NCBI GenBank assembly: GCA_010093745.1
Contig: MU005986.1
Location: 186,001-207,168, forward strand
Direction: 5' to 3'
DNA: 21,168 nt
DNA from: Piedraia hortae CBS 480.64
Taxonomy: Eukaryota
A program made the translations under genes and the position numbers. Positions 8,985 to 18,462 of the stretch are shown piece by piece (positions within the stretch are counted from its first letter, which is position 1; each line of letters begins with the position of its first letter). The notes beneath the pieces were generated by a model. That model saw only the letters and a program-made list of their open reading frames with translations, was not told where the DNA came from and ran no database searches.

Positions 8985-11329
8985 TCAATGATGTTCCACC
9001 GCATCGTCAAATTCTTCATCATCACTCTCACTTGCATCCTGCGCGCCAGCAGTCGTCGTCATAGTCATCATGGTCGTTGGACGACCTCCCTCCCTCGCAC
9101 TAGTCCTCCTACTCCTCGGTGGACTCTCCCTCAACGATGAACCCCCACTCCCACTTCCCCCCGTCCCGGTCCCATCACTCTCCCACATCTCGGTCCAAAA
9201 TCTCCTGGACCCGGACGCGGTCGTATCCACGGACCTCTTCCTAGGCGAAGCATCCCTACTCCCCAAACCCGAAAGCCCCTGTCTCCAGGAAAGAGCCCTG
9301 TCCGGCGGCCCCATACTCCTCAAACTGCGCACGCTCGCCTTGGTAGCCAAAGACCCCGCCCGACTACCCGTGCGGCGGGCACTGAAAATCGACGCGGGGC
9401 GATCCAGGATTTTATTCCTGATGGAAAACGCGCAGTCCTGGCGGAAGACTTTAATACTCCCGCTATAAGAGGCTGTTACGATGATGTTCCCATCTGGGTG
9501 GGTTGAGCGGGGAGGAGTTCCGTTTGTCGTTGCGGGGCGGGAGAGGGTTTCTGATCTGCTAAGCAGGGTGATGGGTTGTGGGGAGCACAGGTCATATATA
9601 GGGTCGTCGGATTGGGAGAGTAAGTGTTTGGTTTTGGCTGGGGCGAGGCAGACGGCGGTTGTGGCGCTGTTGTGGGCTTTGAAGAGCTCTAAAGGACGTT
9701 TGTCGCGTTTTTCGTTTTCGAGGAGGGGGAGAGACCAGATGTAGGCTTTTTGGTCTTCGCTGCCGCAGACGAGGAAGCGGGAATCGTCGGAGATGCTGGC
9801 GCGGATTTGGCTGCTGTCGTTTACGTTGCCTTTGAATTTTAGTTCAAGGGATTTGTCGCGGAAGTTGTACTGTCGGATGCGGGAGTCGTTGCTTGTGATG
9901 AGGAGTTTGGTTTCGTTGGTGAGGGGGGAGACGAAGGTGCGTATGCCGGTGATTTTGCTTCCCTTGGAGTTTTGCCCGCGCGTGCTGCGGGCGTGGACGG
10001 AAGTTTGGTAGCGCAAGCCGTCGGTTTCGAAGATGGAACAGAGTCCGGTTACGTCGCCGGCGATGGAGTGTTTTCCGTCTGGAGTGAAGGATACGGCGGT
10101 GATCATGTGGGAGAGTTGGGTGGAGTAGGCTACGCTTTTGTCCGGAATGCTCCAAAGGCGGAGTTTACAGTCTAGAGAGCCGGCGAGGAAGAAGCGATCG
10201 TCCTTGGGATGGAAGGCTATAGATGGGACAAAGTCTTTGTGCTTGAACGTGCAGAGACATTCTGGGCGGTGGACATGCCAGAGACGGACGGTTTTGTCCA
10301 TTGAGGAGGATAATAGGAAGCCGTTTTTGCTCCAGCTGAGGTCCAATATTGTAGATGTGTGGCCTGTGTATTCTCGTACAGGATTGCTCTGGAATACAGG
10401 TGCTGAGAGATGGCTAGAGGCTGATGGGTCCATGGCTTCTTGGTTCTCGTGATCACATCGATCCCGTAGACTGGACAGAACCGCCCATATGCGGATGATC
10501 TTGTCAGAACCAGCGGCAGCCAAGTACTTGCCGTCTTGACTGAAACTCATGGCCCAAACAGTGGGCGGTTGCTGGGAAACCTGACCCTTTTTACGGAGTT
10601 TATAGCCATTGAATATCGAAGGCGAATTTGGCTGGCGACATTCCAACTCTTGGGCCAGAAACAGACGGTCAAAGTCCCGCTTCTTCTTGTGTCTGGACTG
10701 CACCTTGATGTATGCCGGCGGCTGTGCATGTTGGGGGCTGAACCCCAGGCTATCAAGTGGTTGGGCAAACAGCGCTGCTTCAGTTCCTTCGGGCCTATTC
10801 TCTACCTCTTCGTCTTCAGCCGCGACGACTTCCTCGTCGGTCTCTTTCTTCCTAGCGCTGCCCATCAGCTTAGTTAGAAACGACACAGCCTTGCCGCCTT
10901 TTCGCAATTCCTTGGAGGCATTGGTGTCTGTCCATTGCGCTGAAAGTCCATTACCTGGAGCAGTGGTCGGACGGGGTGTTTCACGGGTAGATTCATCGTC
11001 GGACGCCAACGTCATAATGTGCTGTCGCCGTCAGCAGGCCAATAGCCAACGTGCCCAGACATACGTGGGACAAGGGATCCATGGCGCGAGATTCTGCAGG
11101 TCGGTTCGCGTGGCTTATCTGTTGCTTTTTGAGCCAGCTGGAAGCCGCCGCGTTGGCCGACGACGTGGGCCGGCCTGTCCTGGTTAGCTAGATAGATTCT
11201 ACACTTCTTCTACCTACTGGATGTCCTCTCCGGCCATGGCGCCGTGCTGCGCGTCTTGACCGGGCTGGACGGCGCCGCTTCGACGTTGTTGGCGTCGGTC
11301 AGGGTAATGGATGGAATATGATCGCTCAT
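8985..11329 (-). CDS. WD40-repeat protein, WDR44 / yeast Dgr2-YMR102C-like, about 752 aa
   Basis: Exons 11329-11218, 11174-11065, 11021-8985. Two 43-nt introns (GTAGGT..GCTAAC..CAG; GTATGT..GCTGAC..CAG) give a continuous frame MSDHIPSITL...AMDPLSHHIMTL. WD repeats VWAMSFSQDGKYLAAAGSDKIIRIW, GHTSTILDLSWSKNGFLLSSSMDKTVRLW, FHPKDDRFFLAGSLDCKLRLW, LLITSNDSRIR. Confidence 0.9.
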
Positions 11330-11424
11330 TGCCGAATCCCACTCGGTCCGGGCGGCTCTCTTGCCATTGCCCCGGTCCCCCCCCGTAGGCGTCGAATCTA
11401 CTCCGTTGCTCGACCGCTTCCCCG

Positions 11425-11464
11425 CACGTGACTACCTGTCGTCAATCAATCACGCGTCAATCAA
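11425..11464. promoter_or_regulatory. Motifs in the 210-nt divergent WD40/NIPSNAP promoter: CACGTGAC E-box, ACGCGT MCB and GTCAATCAA direct repeat
   Basis: CACGTGAC 11425-11432 (Cbf1-type bHLH consensus). ACGCGT 11452-11457. GTCAATCAA at 11441 and 11456. Confidence 0.45.
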
Positions 11465-11539
11465 AATGTTAATTGACTGTCACCCAAACATCTTTCCTCT
11501 GCGTCTCAAAACAACCTGCGGTACCTAATCACTTCACAA

Positions 11540-12656
11540 ATGCTCTCCCAGCGTCTGTCTGCCCGTACAGCGGCCCGGCTCTTCAGCACCACGCAATGCG
11601 TGCAGAAGACGCCCGCCTTGTCCGATGTCCAAACTGGACACGGCGCCGTATTCGACCAAAAGCAGAAACAGTTTAGACAGGAGCTTAGTGAAAGGAGCAG
11701 GAGAGAGAAGGAAAGACAACGTAGGTTCTTATCCATTAAAACGAACTGCACTAAGAACATAGGCGAGGAAATGCGCAAGCGTGAGGAACAGCAGAAAGAC
11801 GGCAAGAAGAAGGGAGCTCTGTCGAACCTCATCTACGGCACCGAAGAGGCGCGGGAGATGGACAGAGACATCGAACGCAGCTTCTCGCAGCTTCTGGCGC
11901 GCGGAAAGTACATGCACAGCATCGTCTTCCATTCCGTGAAGCCTGACAAGGTGGATGAGTACGTCGAGCTCGTCAGCAACTGGTACCCGCGCATGGCCAA
12001 AATGCCGGAGAACAAGGTGCATTTAGTTGGCAGCTGGAGGACCGAAGTAGGCGACTGCGACACGTTTGGTATGTTCTATGGACAGAATGATGGCAGTTTG
12101 CTGACGGGATAGTGCACATTTGGGAATATCAGCGCTATTCCGGCTACCACGCCTCCCTTCACGCCATTCAGAACCATGCAGACTTTGCCGAATTTGACCG
12201 CAAGCTCAAGAAGCTCATCACCAGCAAGAAGACGTCGTTGATGCAAGAGTTTCGCTTCTGGCAGACCAGTCCGCCACGACAACTCGGCGGCGTCTTTGAA
12301 CTCCGCTCCTACACGCTTCATCCGGGAAATCTCCTTGAATGGGAACAGCACTGGCAAAAGGGCATTGCCGCCCGCCGCGAGGTCATGGAGGGTGAGTTTA
12401 GTATAAAAAAAAGAAAAAAAAAAAAGTAAGACCGAAGCTAACATCACCAGGCGTCGGAGCGTGGTTCGTTCAAATTGGCGACCTTAACGTAGTCCACCAT
12501 CTCTGGCAGTTTCCCGATCTGGAGGAACGTCGTGCCCGTCGTGAGATGAGCTGGAACCAGCCCGGCTGGGGCGATACCGTGCACAAGACTGTCCCACTGA
12601 TCCAGACAATGAAGAGCAGCATCCTGGTACCGATGCCGTGGAGCCCAATCGGGTAG
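11540..12656 (+). CDS. NIPSNAP: Mitochondrial NIPSNAP-family protein, about 323 aa
   Basis: Exons 11540-11720, 11763-12068, 12113-12391, 12451-12656. Arg/Ser-rich presequence MLSQRLSARTAARLFSTT. Motifs HLVGSWRTEVGDCDTFVHIWEY, VFELRSYTLHPGNLLEWE, VGAWFVQIGDLNVVHHLWQF and C-terminal LVPMPWSP. Confidence 0.93.
12405..12425 (+). repeat. Poly-A tract (A8-G-A12) inside NIPSNAP intron 3
   Basis: Seen directly. It accounts for this intron being longer (59 nt) than the 42-46 nt norm. Confidence 0.9.
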
Positions 12657-12669
12657 ATAATAATCTTCA

Positions 12670-13425
12670 TTACTTCCCCGAGATGAGGTCTAAAAATCCC
12701 TTTTTACTCATCTCGTTAACCATTTCCTCCCTCTGCTTCATACCCACCACCCCCTCAGCAACAGCGACTTTATTCCCCTCCTCGGCTTTCACCTGCGCAG
12801 CTCTAATTGCATTAAAAAGGGTAATCACCCCCCGTTGCGCCATCTTCCTCAACCTCTTCTCCTCTTGCTGTATCGCCCCCGAATCAACAATACTATCCCC
12901 CAACCCCATCACATCCCTAACCCGCCCTTTCTCCAACGCCATTTTCCTCTCCGCCCGTAACTGCGCCTTGGCGCGATTATCAAGTCGTTGGCTCGCCATT
13001 GAAAGACTCGCCGCTTTCGCCGCCTTACTCCTCGATAAAACCGGATCGGCGCGTTTTGAAGTTGATAACTTCGTCCCCAAAACCTTCGCCATCGATCTCG
13101 CGAATGCATCGGGATCGTTGCGCTTCTTGACCTTGCGGGTGGAGATGTCCGAGTCGGTGTCGATTATGTCGTCTCCGTCGTCATTGTCATCATCGCTGTC
13201 GGAGGGGGAAGAGGGGTGTTGTGGACGGGTGTTGAGTGCGGTGTTCACCGCAAGGTCGTCAGTCTCGCCGCCCTCCAAGACGGGAGGTTCGATGCCACGC
13301 TTTTTGAGGATGGATCTTGGCGCCTCGTCTTCAGAAGAGCTGTGGTAGACTTTTTGCTTGATTCTGATTTTCTTCTTGGGCTTGCGCTCGGAGTGGGTGG
13401 GGCGGGGGCGCTTTTCTCCTGCCAT
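12670..13425 (-). CDS. RRP15: Pre-60S ribosome biogenesis protein Rrp15, 251 aa
   Basis: Basic/acidic N-terminus, then AFARSMAKVLGTKL, DPVLSRS, EKRLRKMAQRGVITLFNAIRAAQ and MSKKGFLDLI (Rrp15 domain motifs). The ORF-track start is upstream of the likely ATG at 13425. Confidence 0.92.
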   Translation of the reverse strand: MAGEKRPRPTHSERKPKKKIRIKQKVYHSSSEDEAPRSILKKRGIEPPVLEGGETDDLAVNTALNTRPQHPSSPSDSDDDNDDGDDIIDTDSDISTRKVKKRNDPDAFARSMAKVLGTKLSTSKRADPVLSRSKAAKAASLSMASQRLDNRAKAQLRAERKMALEKGRVRDVMGLGDSIVDSGAIQQEEKRLRKMAQRGVITLFNAIRAAQVKAEEGNKVAVAEGVVGMKQREEMVNEMSKKGFLDLISGK

Positions 13426-13530
13426 GTTGTATGTAGAAAGAATTATTCCAGCGCACGACTTCATGCGGTTTAGTGGGGCACCATAACCTTTTATGGTCTA
13501 GTGCAAATGTGGGGCCACACCGCACCTCAC

Positions 13531-13538
13531 CTCATCTC
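13531..13538 (-). promoter_or_regulatory. PAC-like ribosome-biogenesis element (GAGATGAG) upstream of RRP15
   Basis: Plus-strand CTCATCTC reads GAGATGAG on the minus strand, matching the G[A/C]GATGAG PAC consensus about 105 nt upstream of a Ribi gene. It lies in the 240-nt promoter shared with SRP54. Confidence 0.5.
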
Positions 13539-13665
13539 ACAACGGTGGCACGGCCAAAACCCACGCAACCAACGCAACCCACCAAGTCCACGCACGACGG
13601 AGCAACACAGCCTAAATCCAGCATAGCTGGCAGCCCATCCACCCCGCCCCAAGTGAACACAGAAA

Positions 13666-15132
13666 ATGGTCCTCCAAGATCTTAGCGCCCGTCTCAGCGG
13701 TGCCCTAAGCACCCTAACCCACGCCCCCACCCTCACCGAAAGCACCTTCGAAACCCTCCTGAAAGACCTCTCCAACGCCCTAATTTCCTCCGACATAAAC
13801 ATCTCCCTCGTAACCTCTCTCCGCAAACGCATCAAATCAACTGTAAAACTCTCCCAACTCCCCCCCCACGCGAACAAAAAGCGCATAATCCAAAAAGCCG
13901 TCTTCGATGCTCTCGTCGAAATCGTGAATCCCGGGGTGAAACCCTTCGAGCCAAAACGTGGCCGTCGGAACGTGATAATGCTGGTAGGACTCCAAGGCGC
14001 AGGAAAGACAACCACCGCGACGAAGTTGGCGAAATTCTACCAGACGAGGGGTTTCAAGACTGGACTGGTGTGTGCGGATACGTTTCGCGCGGGGGCGTTT
14101 GATCAGTTGAAGCAGAATGCTATCAAGGCAAAAATTCCGTATTATGGGTCCCTGACGGAATTGGATCCGGTTGCTGTGGCTAGGGAGGGGGTTGAGAGGT
14201 TTAAAAGGGAGAAGTTTGAGGTTATCATTGTTGATACTTCGGGAAGACATAGACAGGAGGAGGCGCTGTTTGAGGAGATGAAGGATATTGGACAGGCGGT
14301 CAAGCCGGATACGACGATTATGGTGCTGGACGGGAGTATCGGACAGGCTGCGCAGGAGCAGAGTCGCGCTTTCAAGGCTGCAGCGGGGTTTGGAGGGATT
14401 GTGATCACCAAGATGGATGGGGCGGCTGCGGGGGGAGGGGCGGTTTCCGCCGTTGCTGCGACCCACACGCCGATTGTGTTTGTCGGAACCGGGGAGCATG
14501 TGCATGATCTTGAGAAGTTCAAGCCTGAGGCGTTTGTGAGTAAGCTGCTGGGCATGGGGGATCTGAGTGGACTGGTGGAACATGTTTCGAGTTTGAGGCT
14601 GGAGCAGAAGGATACGATGAGGAATATGGCCGAGGGGAAGTTTACGGTTAGGAATTTGAGGGATCAGCTTACGAATGTGATGAAGATGGGTCCACTTTCG
14701 AAGATGGCGGGGATGATCCCCGGACTGCAGGCGGCGACTGCCGGGATGGATGATGCGCAGGGTTCTGAGAAACTCAAGAGGATGGTTATGATTATGGATT
14801 CGATGACTGCGAAGGAATTGGATTCGGACGGGAGGATTTTAACAGAACAGCCGGGGAGGGTGATTAGGGTGGCACGCGGGGCAGGGACGTCAGTGCAAGA
14901 GGTGGAGGATTTGCTGGCGCAACAGAGATTAATGGCTGGTATGGCGAAGAAGTTTAAGGGGATGGGTGCCCAGCAGAATATGCCGGGGAACAAACAGCAG
15001 ATGGCTGCGATGCAGAAACGGATGCAGAGTCTTGGTATGGGCGGTGGGAGGGGGATGCCGGATATGAGTTCTCTCATGGGTGGGGGAATGGATATGGGTA
15101 AGATTATGCAAATGATGAGTGGTATGAGATGA
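13666..15132 (+). CDS. SRP54: Signal recognition particle 54 kDa GTPase subunit, 488 aa, intronless
   Basis: MVLQDL N-terminus. G1 GLQGAGKTT, DTFRAGAFDQLKQNA, G3 DTSGRH, G4 TKMD, GTGE. Met-rich M domain with IMDSMTAKELD and RVARGAG. Confidence 0.98.
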   Translation: MVLQDLSARLSGALSTLTHAPTLTESTFETLLKDLSNALISSDINISLVTSLRKRIKSTVKLSQLPPHANKKRIIQKAVFDALVEIVNPGVKPFEPKRGRRNVIMLVGLQGAGKTTTATKLAKFYQTRGFKTGLVCADTFRAGAFDQLKQNAIKAKIPYYGSLTELDPVAVAREGVERFKREKFEVIIVDTSGRHRQEEALFEEMKDIGQAVKPDTTIMVLDGSIGQAAQEQSRAFKAAAGFGGIVITKMDGAAAGGGAVSAVAATHTPIVFVGTGEHVHDLEKFKPEAFVSKLLGMGDLSGLVEHVSSLRLEQKDTMRNMAEGKFTVRNLRDQLTNVMKMGPLSKMAGMIPGLQAATAGMDDAQGSEKLKRMVMIMDSMTAKELDSDGRILTEQPGRVIRVARGAGTSVQEVEDLLAQQRLMAGMAKKFKGMGAQQNMPGNKQQMAAMQKRMQSLGMGGGRGMPDMSSLMGGGMDMGKIMQMMSGMR

Positions 15133-15141
15133 TATGTACTT

Positions 15142-16896
15142 CTATCCTTCGAACTCGCTCTCGGCAATGCTCTCTATCCGACTCAATGTATCCGCGTCTT
15201 TGCGGAATTCGTTTTGTACTCGCTTGCCCTGGATCTTGACGAATATGACGAGAGCGGTGCCGACGACGAACCCCAATGCTGCCAGCACGGCGTTAACGAG
15301 GATCGGATTACCAGTCTCGCTGATCGCTTCGTCGAGAAATGGCTGCATGAGATTAATCACCCCAGAGAGGAAGATTATCGTCCCGTAAATCTGCCCAAAC
15401 GTCGCAAAACCAAACACCTTGGTCGCATAATCCGACATGGCAGAGTAGTAAAGCGGCCTCAGCAGGACGAAGAGGACGACATTCCCGTATCCCGCTACCA
15501 TGGACGGAATGGACCCCAGAACACCTACCAGAGTGGTCAAAGTGACCAACACCGCGAGAACGTTCCCCGTGCTGACCCCATCGAGAAGCATGCCTATAAA
15601 CGGCGTGGCAGCCAGTCCGCCCACCGGCAAAGCCACGTCGAAGAACGAATTGATTTTACGTGCCGCCTCTTCCGAACCAAGCATGAATTCATATTGTCGC
15701 CGGATGGTAGCGATGAAGAAATTCATGCGAAGCATCTGCAGCACCGTCATGGCACATATGAGGATGAACCAGGGAGAACGCATTTGGATATAGGCAGGCT
15801 GGCCGTGTAGTGCGCCCCAGACGCCGCTCGATTCGTGTCTTTCTTCCTCACGAGCGACTCTCTCCTCAGAATCCCCGAGGAGGTCTTCGATTTGAGCGAG
15901 TTTCGACTCTCGTCGTTCGCGTCTTCGAGCTCTTAGTTTACGAACTTCGGAATCACTCAGCTCGTCGTCCGAATCATGCACGTCGAGCATTGGGTTTTCA
16001 TGCTTCACGGTTTTCGCTTCTAGCTGGGGAACAGTCATGTATCCGTCTCGTAGCATCAGAGTCATATTGGTTATGACCAAGAGAACGGGCACGATGAGGT
16101 AATAAGCAAAGAACAGATCCGGCGTGAATTTCCCTTTTGATCGTTCATATAGCAGTCTGTAGATCAAAAACACAGCAGCAGAAGCATCAAAAGCGCTTGT
16201 CACGGCTGCAATGATACTCCCCGCTGCTTTGGGAAACGCGTTGGCAATGGAAAATGCGGGCAAGAAGACGAATGTCCCTCCAAGGGCGAGAAACATGTTT
16301 GCCCAGACCAGGCCGTGGTCACGCTTGTAGTGAAAGGCGAGTGCCATTAGAAGACTGCCCAAGGCGAGGAAAAAGCTGCCCATGATTGCACAGGCTCTTG
16401 GACCACGTCTGTCGAGCATTGCTCCCACGATCAAGGCGGAAACGTTGCTAGTGGTGGAAGCAATGGCAAAGAAGAAATTAAGACGCAGGTCCTGGCCTTT
16501 GCAGAGACGGACATCATCCTCCAGCTCGGATTGCGTGCACTTGTCACGGTACACGCCTTCGCTGATTAGCACAGGTTTGAGAGCTGCAAAGCCAAAGACA
16601 ATTCCAGATGCCAGCCAGCAGAAGATGACGGTTGCTATGACTTGGGCAACACGTCTGGTCGTAGACACCGTGAATGCATATTGACGACTGTTAGCCGTCT
16701 CAGGCTCCTCTTTGCTGATGGCTGGAAGTGCATCATAGCTGATGGGTCGACGTAGGGGTCTTCCCCCGGTTAACAATGACTGCTGGTCTGGTTCGCGGCT
16801 CAGCGTTCCATAACCAGGGCCCCATCCGTCAGGCAGCTGTCGAAGGGGCTGTCTGTCGGTGCCTTCAATAGGAGCAACTCGCTGGATGAGCGACAT
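15142..16896 (-). CDS. FMP42: MFS transporter, FMP42 / SLC43 (LAT3)-like, 584 aa
   Basis: About 12 hydrophobic segments with a charged central loop. Motifs CWLASGIVFGFAALKPVL, QDLRLN, LDRRGPR, SAFDASAAVF, LQMLRMNFFIATI, RPLYYSAMSDYATKVFGFATFG. Confidence 0.85.
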   Translation of the reverse strand: MSLIQRVAPIEGTDRQPLRQLPDGWGPGYGTLSREPDQQSLLTGGRPLRRPISYDALPAISKEEPETANSRQYAFTVSTTRRVAQVIATVIFCWLASGIVFGFAALKPVLISEGVYRDKCTQSELEDDVRLCKGQDLRLNFFFAIASTTSNVSALIVGAMLDRRGPRACAIMGSFFLALGSLLMALAFHYKRDHGLVWANMFLALGGTFVFLPAFSIANAFPKAAGSIIAAVTSAFDASAAVFLIYRLLYERSKGKFTPDLFFAYYLIVPVLLVITNMTLMLRDGYMTVPQLEAKTVKHENPMLDVHDSDDELSDSEVRKLRARRRERRESKLAQIEDLLGDSEERVAREEERHESSGVWGALHGQPAYIQMRSPWFILICAMTVLQMLRMNFFIATIRRQYEFMLGSEEAARKINSFFDVALPVGGLAATPFIGMLLDGVSTGNVLAVLVTLTTLVGVLGSIPSMVAGYGNVVLFVLLRPLYYSAMSDYATKVFGFATFGQIYGTIIFLSGVINLMQPFLDEAISETGNPILVNAVLAALGFVVGTALVIFVKIQGKRVQNEFRKDADTLSRIESIAESEFEG

Positions 16897-17092
16897 GCTC
16901 CTTGACGTCTGGCCAAAACGTTGGGCTCGTTCACTGTGATTAGCGTAAAATATTTTCCGGGCGGAAATCGACCGCCGGGGCTGCAGAACCGTGCTCTCAT
17001 GATAATGATGATGCTAATGCGAAGGAAGAAACTTTTAAAGAGAGTGGTTGTGGGTCGTGGGTATTTCAGATTTCAAAATCTACATCATACAC

Positions 17093-18092
17093 TCAGACGT
17101 CCGTCCCATCAACCACAACTCCCTTCTTCCATTCATGACAAATCTTGCGTGCCGTTTCCTCGGCCGCATCGTCCGATACAAGGGCGCCAACCAAATACAA
17201 CGCTCCGTCAACGCCAGAAGTAACGCCGCTTGAAGTCAAAACCCTCAACCCACCCAGACGCAATTCGGCACGCTTGAGCACGCTCTCGCGGCGCATGTTG
17301 CTAATCTTGAAGCTCATGCTACCCTTGCGGGCGTTGCTCTGGCGTCTGGTGCCAGTCGCTCCATTTGTGCCTTCTTCAATCGGAGACGAAAGACTAGTAG
17401 CCGACTTTCTACGCTGATGGGCCTGGTATTCTTTCTTGGTCATGATATAGGGATTCTTCTCCTCTTCATTGCCCAGATCAAAGCGGAGATTGTTGACCAC
17501 GTACCGAGCGTCCATGACGTCGGTGCGGTCAGACATATCACGCTGGGCTACGTTGGAACAGATGATTTCCAGTCGAGCCATAAAGTCAGGATGAGTGGTA
17601 GCCGTGAGACCGCTGAGAATGCCAGTCTCGGCAAGAAAGAGGGAGCCCGTGCAAACGGACATCAGAGTCCGCTCGCGAGACGGGTTACGTTTCTGCAATT
17701 CGGCAAAAGCCTTGATAATAGGCAAAGGCTGACCTTTCGACTTGATGATCGCGTCAGTGCCACCGCCGGGAATGACCAGTAGATCGAAGTCTCCGAGGCG
17801 CTTCGTAGCATCGTCATAGGACGTATTGGCTGCGATTCCAATGCCCTGCGAAGTTGTTACCTTGCCCGAAGGTCCGCAAATGGTGATGTTGAACGCCTTG
17901 GAATCTGATATCATTAGCAGTATATCCAACAACACTGGCCTACATACCCGGGTTGTTCTTGTCATGCAAGGCATTGGAGAACACCTCCATGGGGCCGGTG
18001 GCATCCAACATGTCCATGCCATCAAAGGCAGCGACGAGGACCTTGACAGTCTCAGGAGCACTCTCATGGCCCTCCTCTACGATTGCACTCAT
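17093..18092 (-). CDS. DJ-1/PfpI (ThiJ) superfamily protein, isocyanide-hydratase-like signature, about 318 aa
   Basis: Exons 18092-17948 and 17904-17093, with a 43-nt intron GTATGT..GCTAAT..CAG. Product MSAIVEEG...KVLVAAFDGMDMLDATGPMEVF...DLLVIPGGG...SVCTGSLFLA...ATTH...TSSGVTSGVDGALYLV. The nucleophile-elbow Cys is present. The N-terminus in the ORF track is in the wrong frame. Confidence 0.9.
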
Positions 18093-18462
18093 TGTGACGG
18101 TATTGTATGGAAAGATAGCTGATTGTGTGGTAAGATGGGAATGTGGAAGGAAAGTGTACAGACGTGAAGCTTTGTAACCCCGCTGCGGTCACGCGAGTGG
18201 TTCGAGCCAGTCGGAATGCGCGCGGCCCTGGCTAGCCGTCTCACTGTCAGGGTCCAGTTGTTGCGCGGGGCATGCGGGGATGGCGGGGTCCCAACCACCT
18301 GAATGTCAACCCCGCATCAGCAGCAGCCTCAGTGCTTGGTAGGTTGTCAAAAGAGCTTGTCTCAATGCTTCCGATTGATTGTCAAACAAGTTGAAGAGTT
18401 ACATAGCCGTAGGGCAGGAGAGTTATGTACAAGACTAATCACACAACAAATCAGACAACCTC

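Noticed and set aside
12426..12450. Second GTAAGA donor inside NIPSNAP intron 3
   Set aside because: It would define a 25-nt intron, too short, and would break the frame.
13837..15167. Long antisense ORFs over SRP54 (similar ones lie over the WD40, RRP15 and MFS genes and at 18514-19296)
   Set aside because: They are shadows produced by codon bias and strand skew, with no independent protein features.
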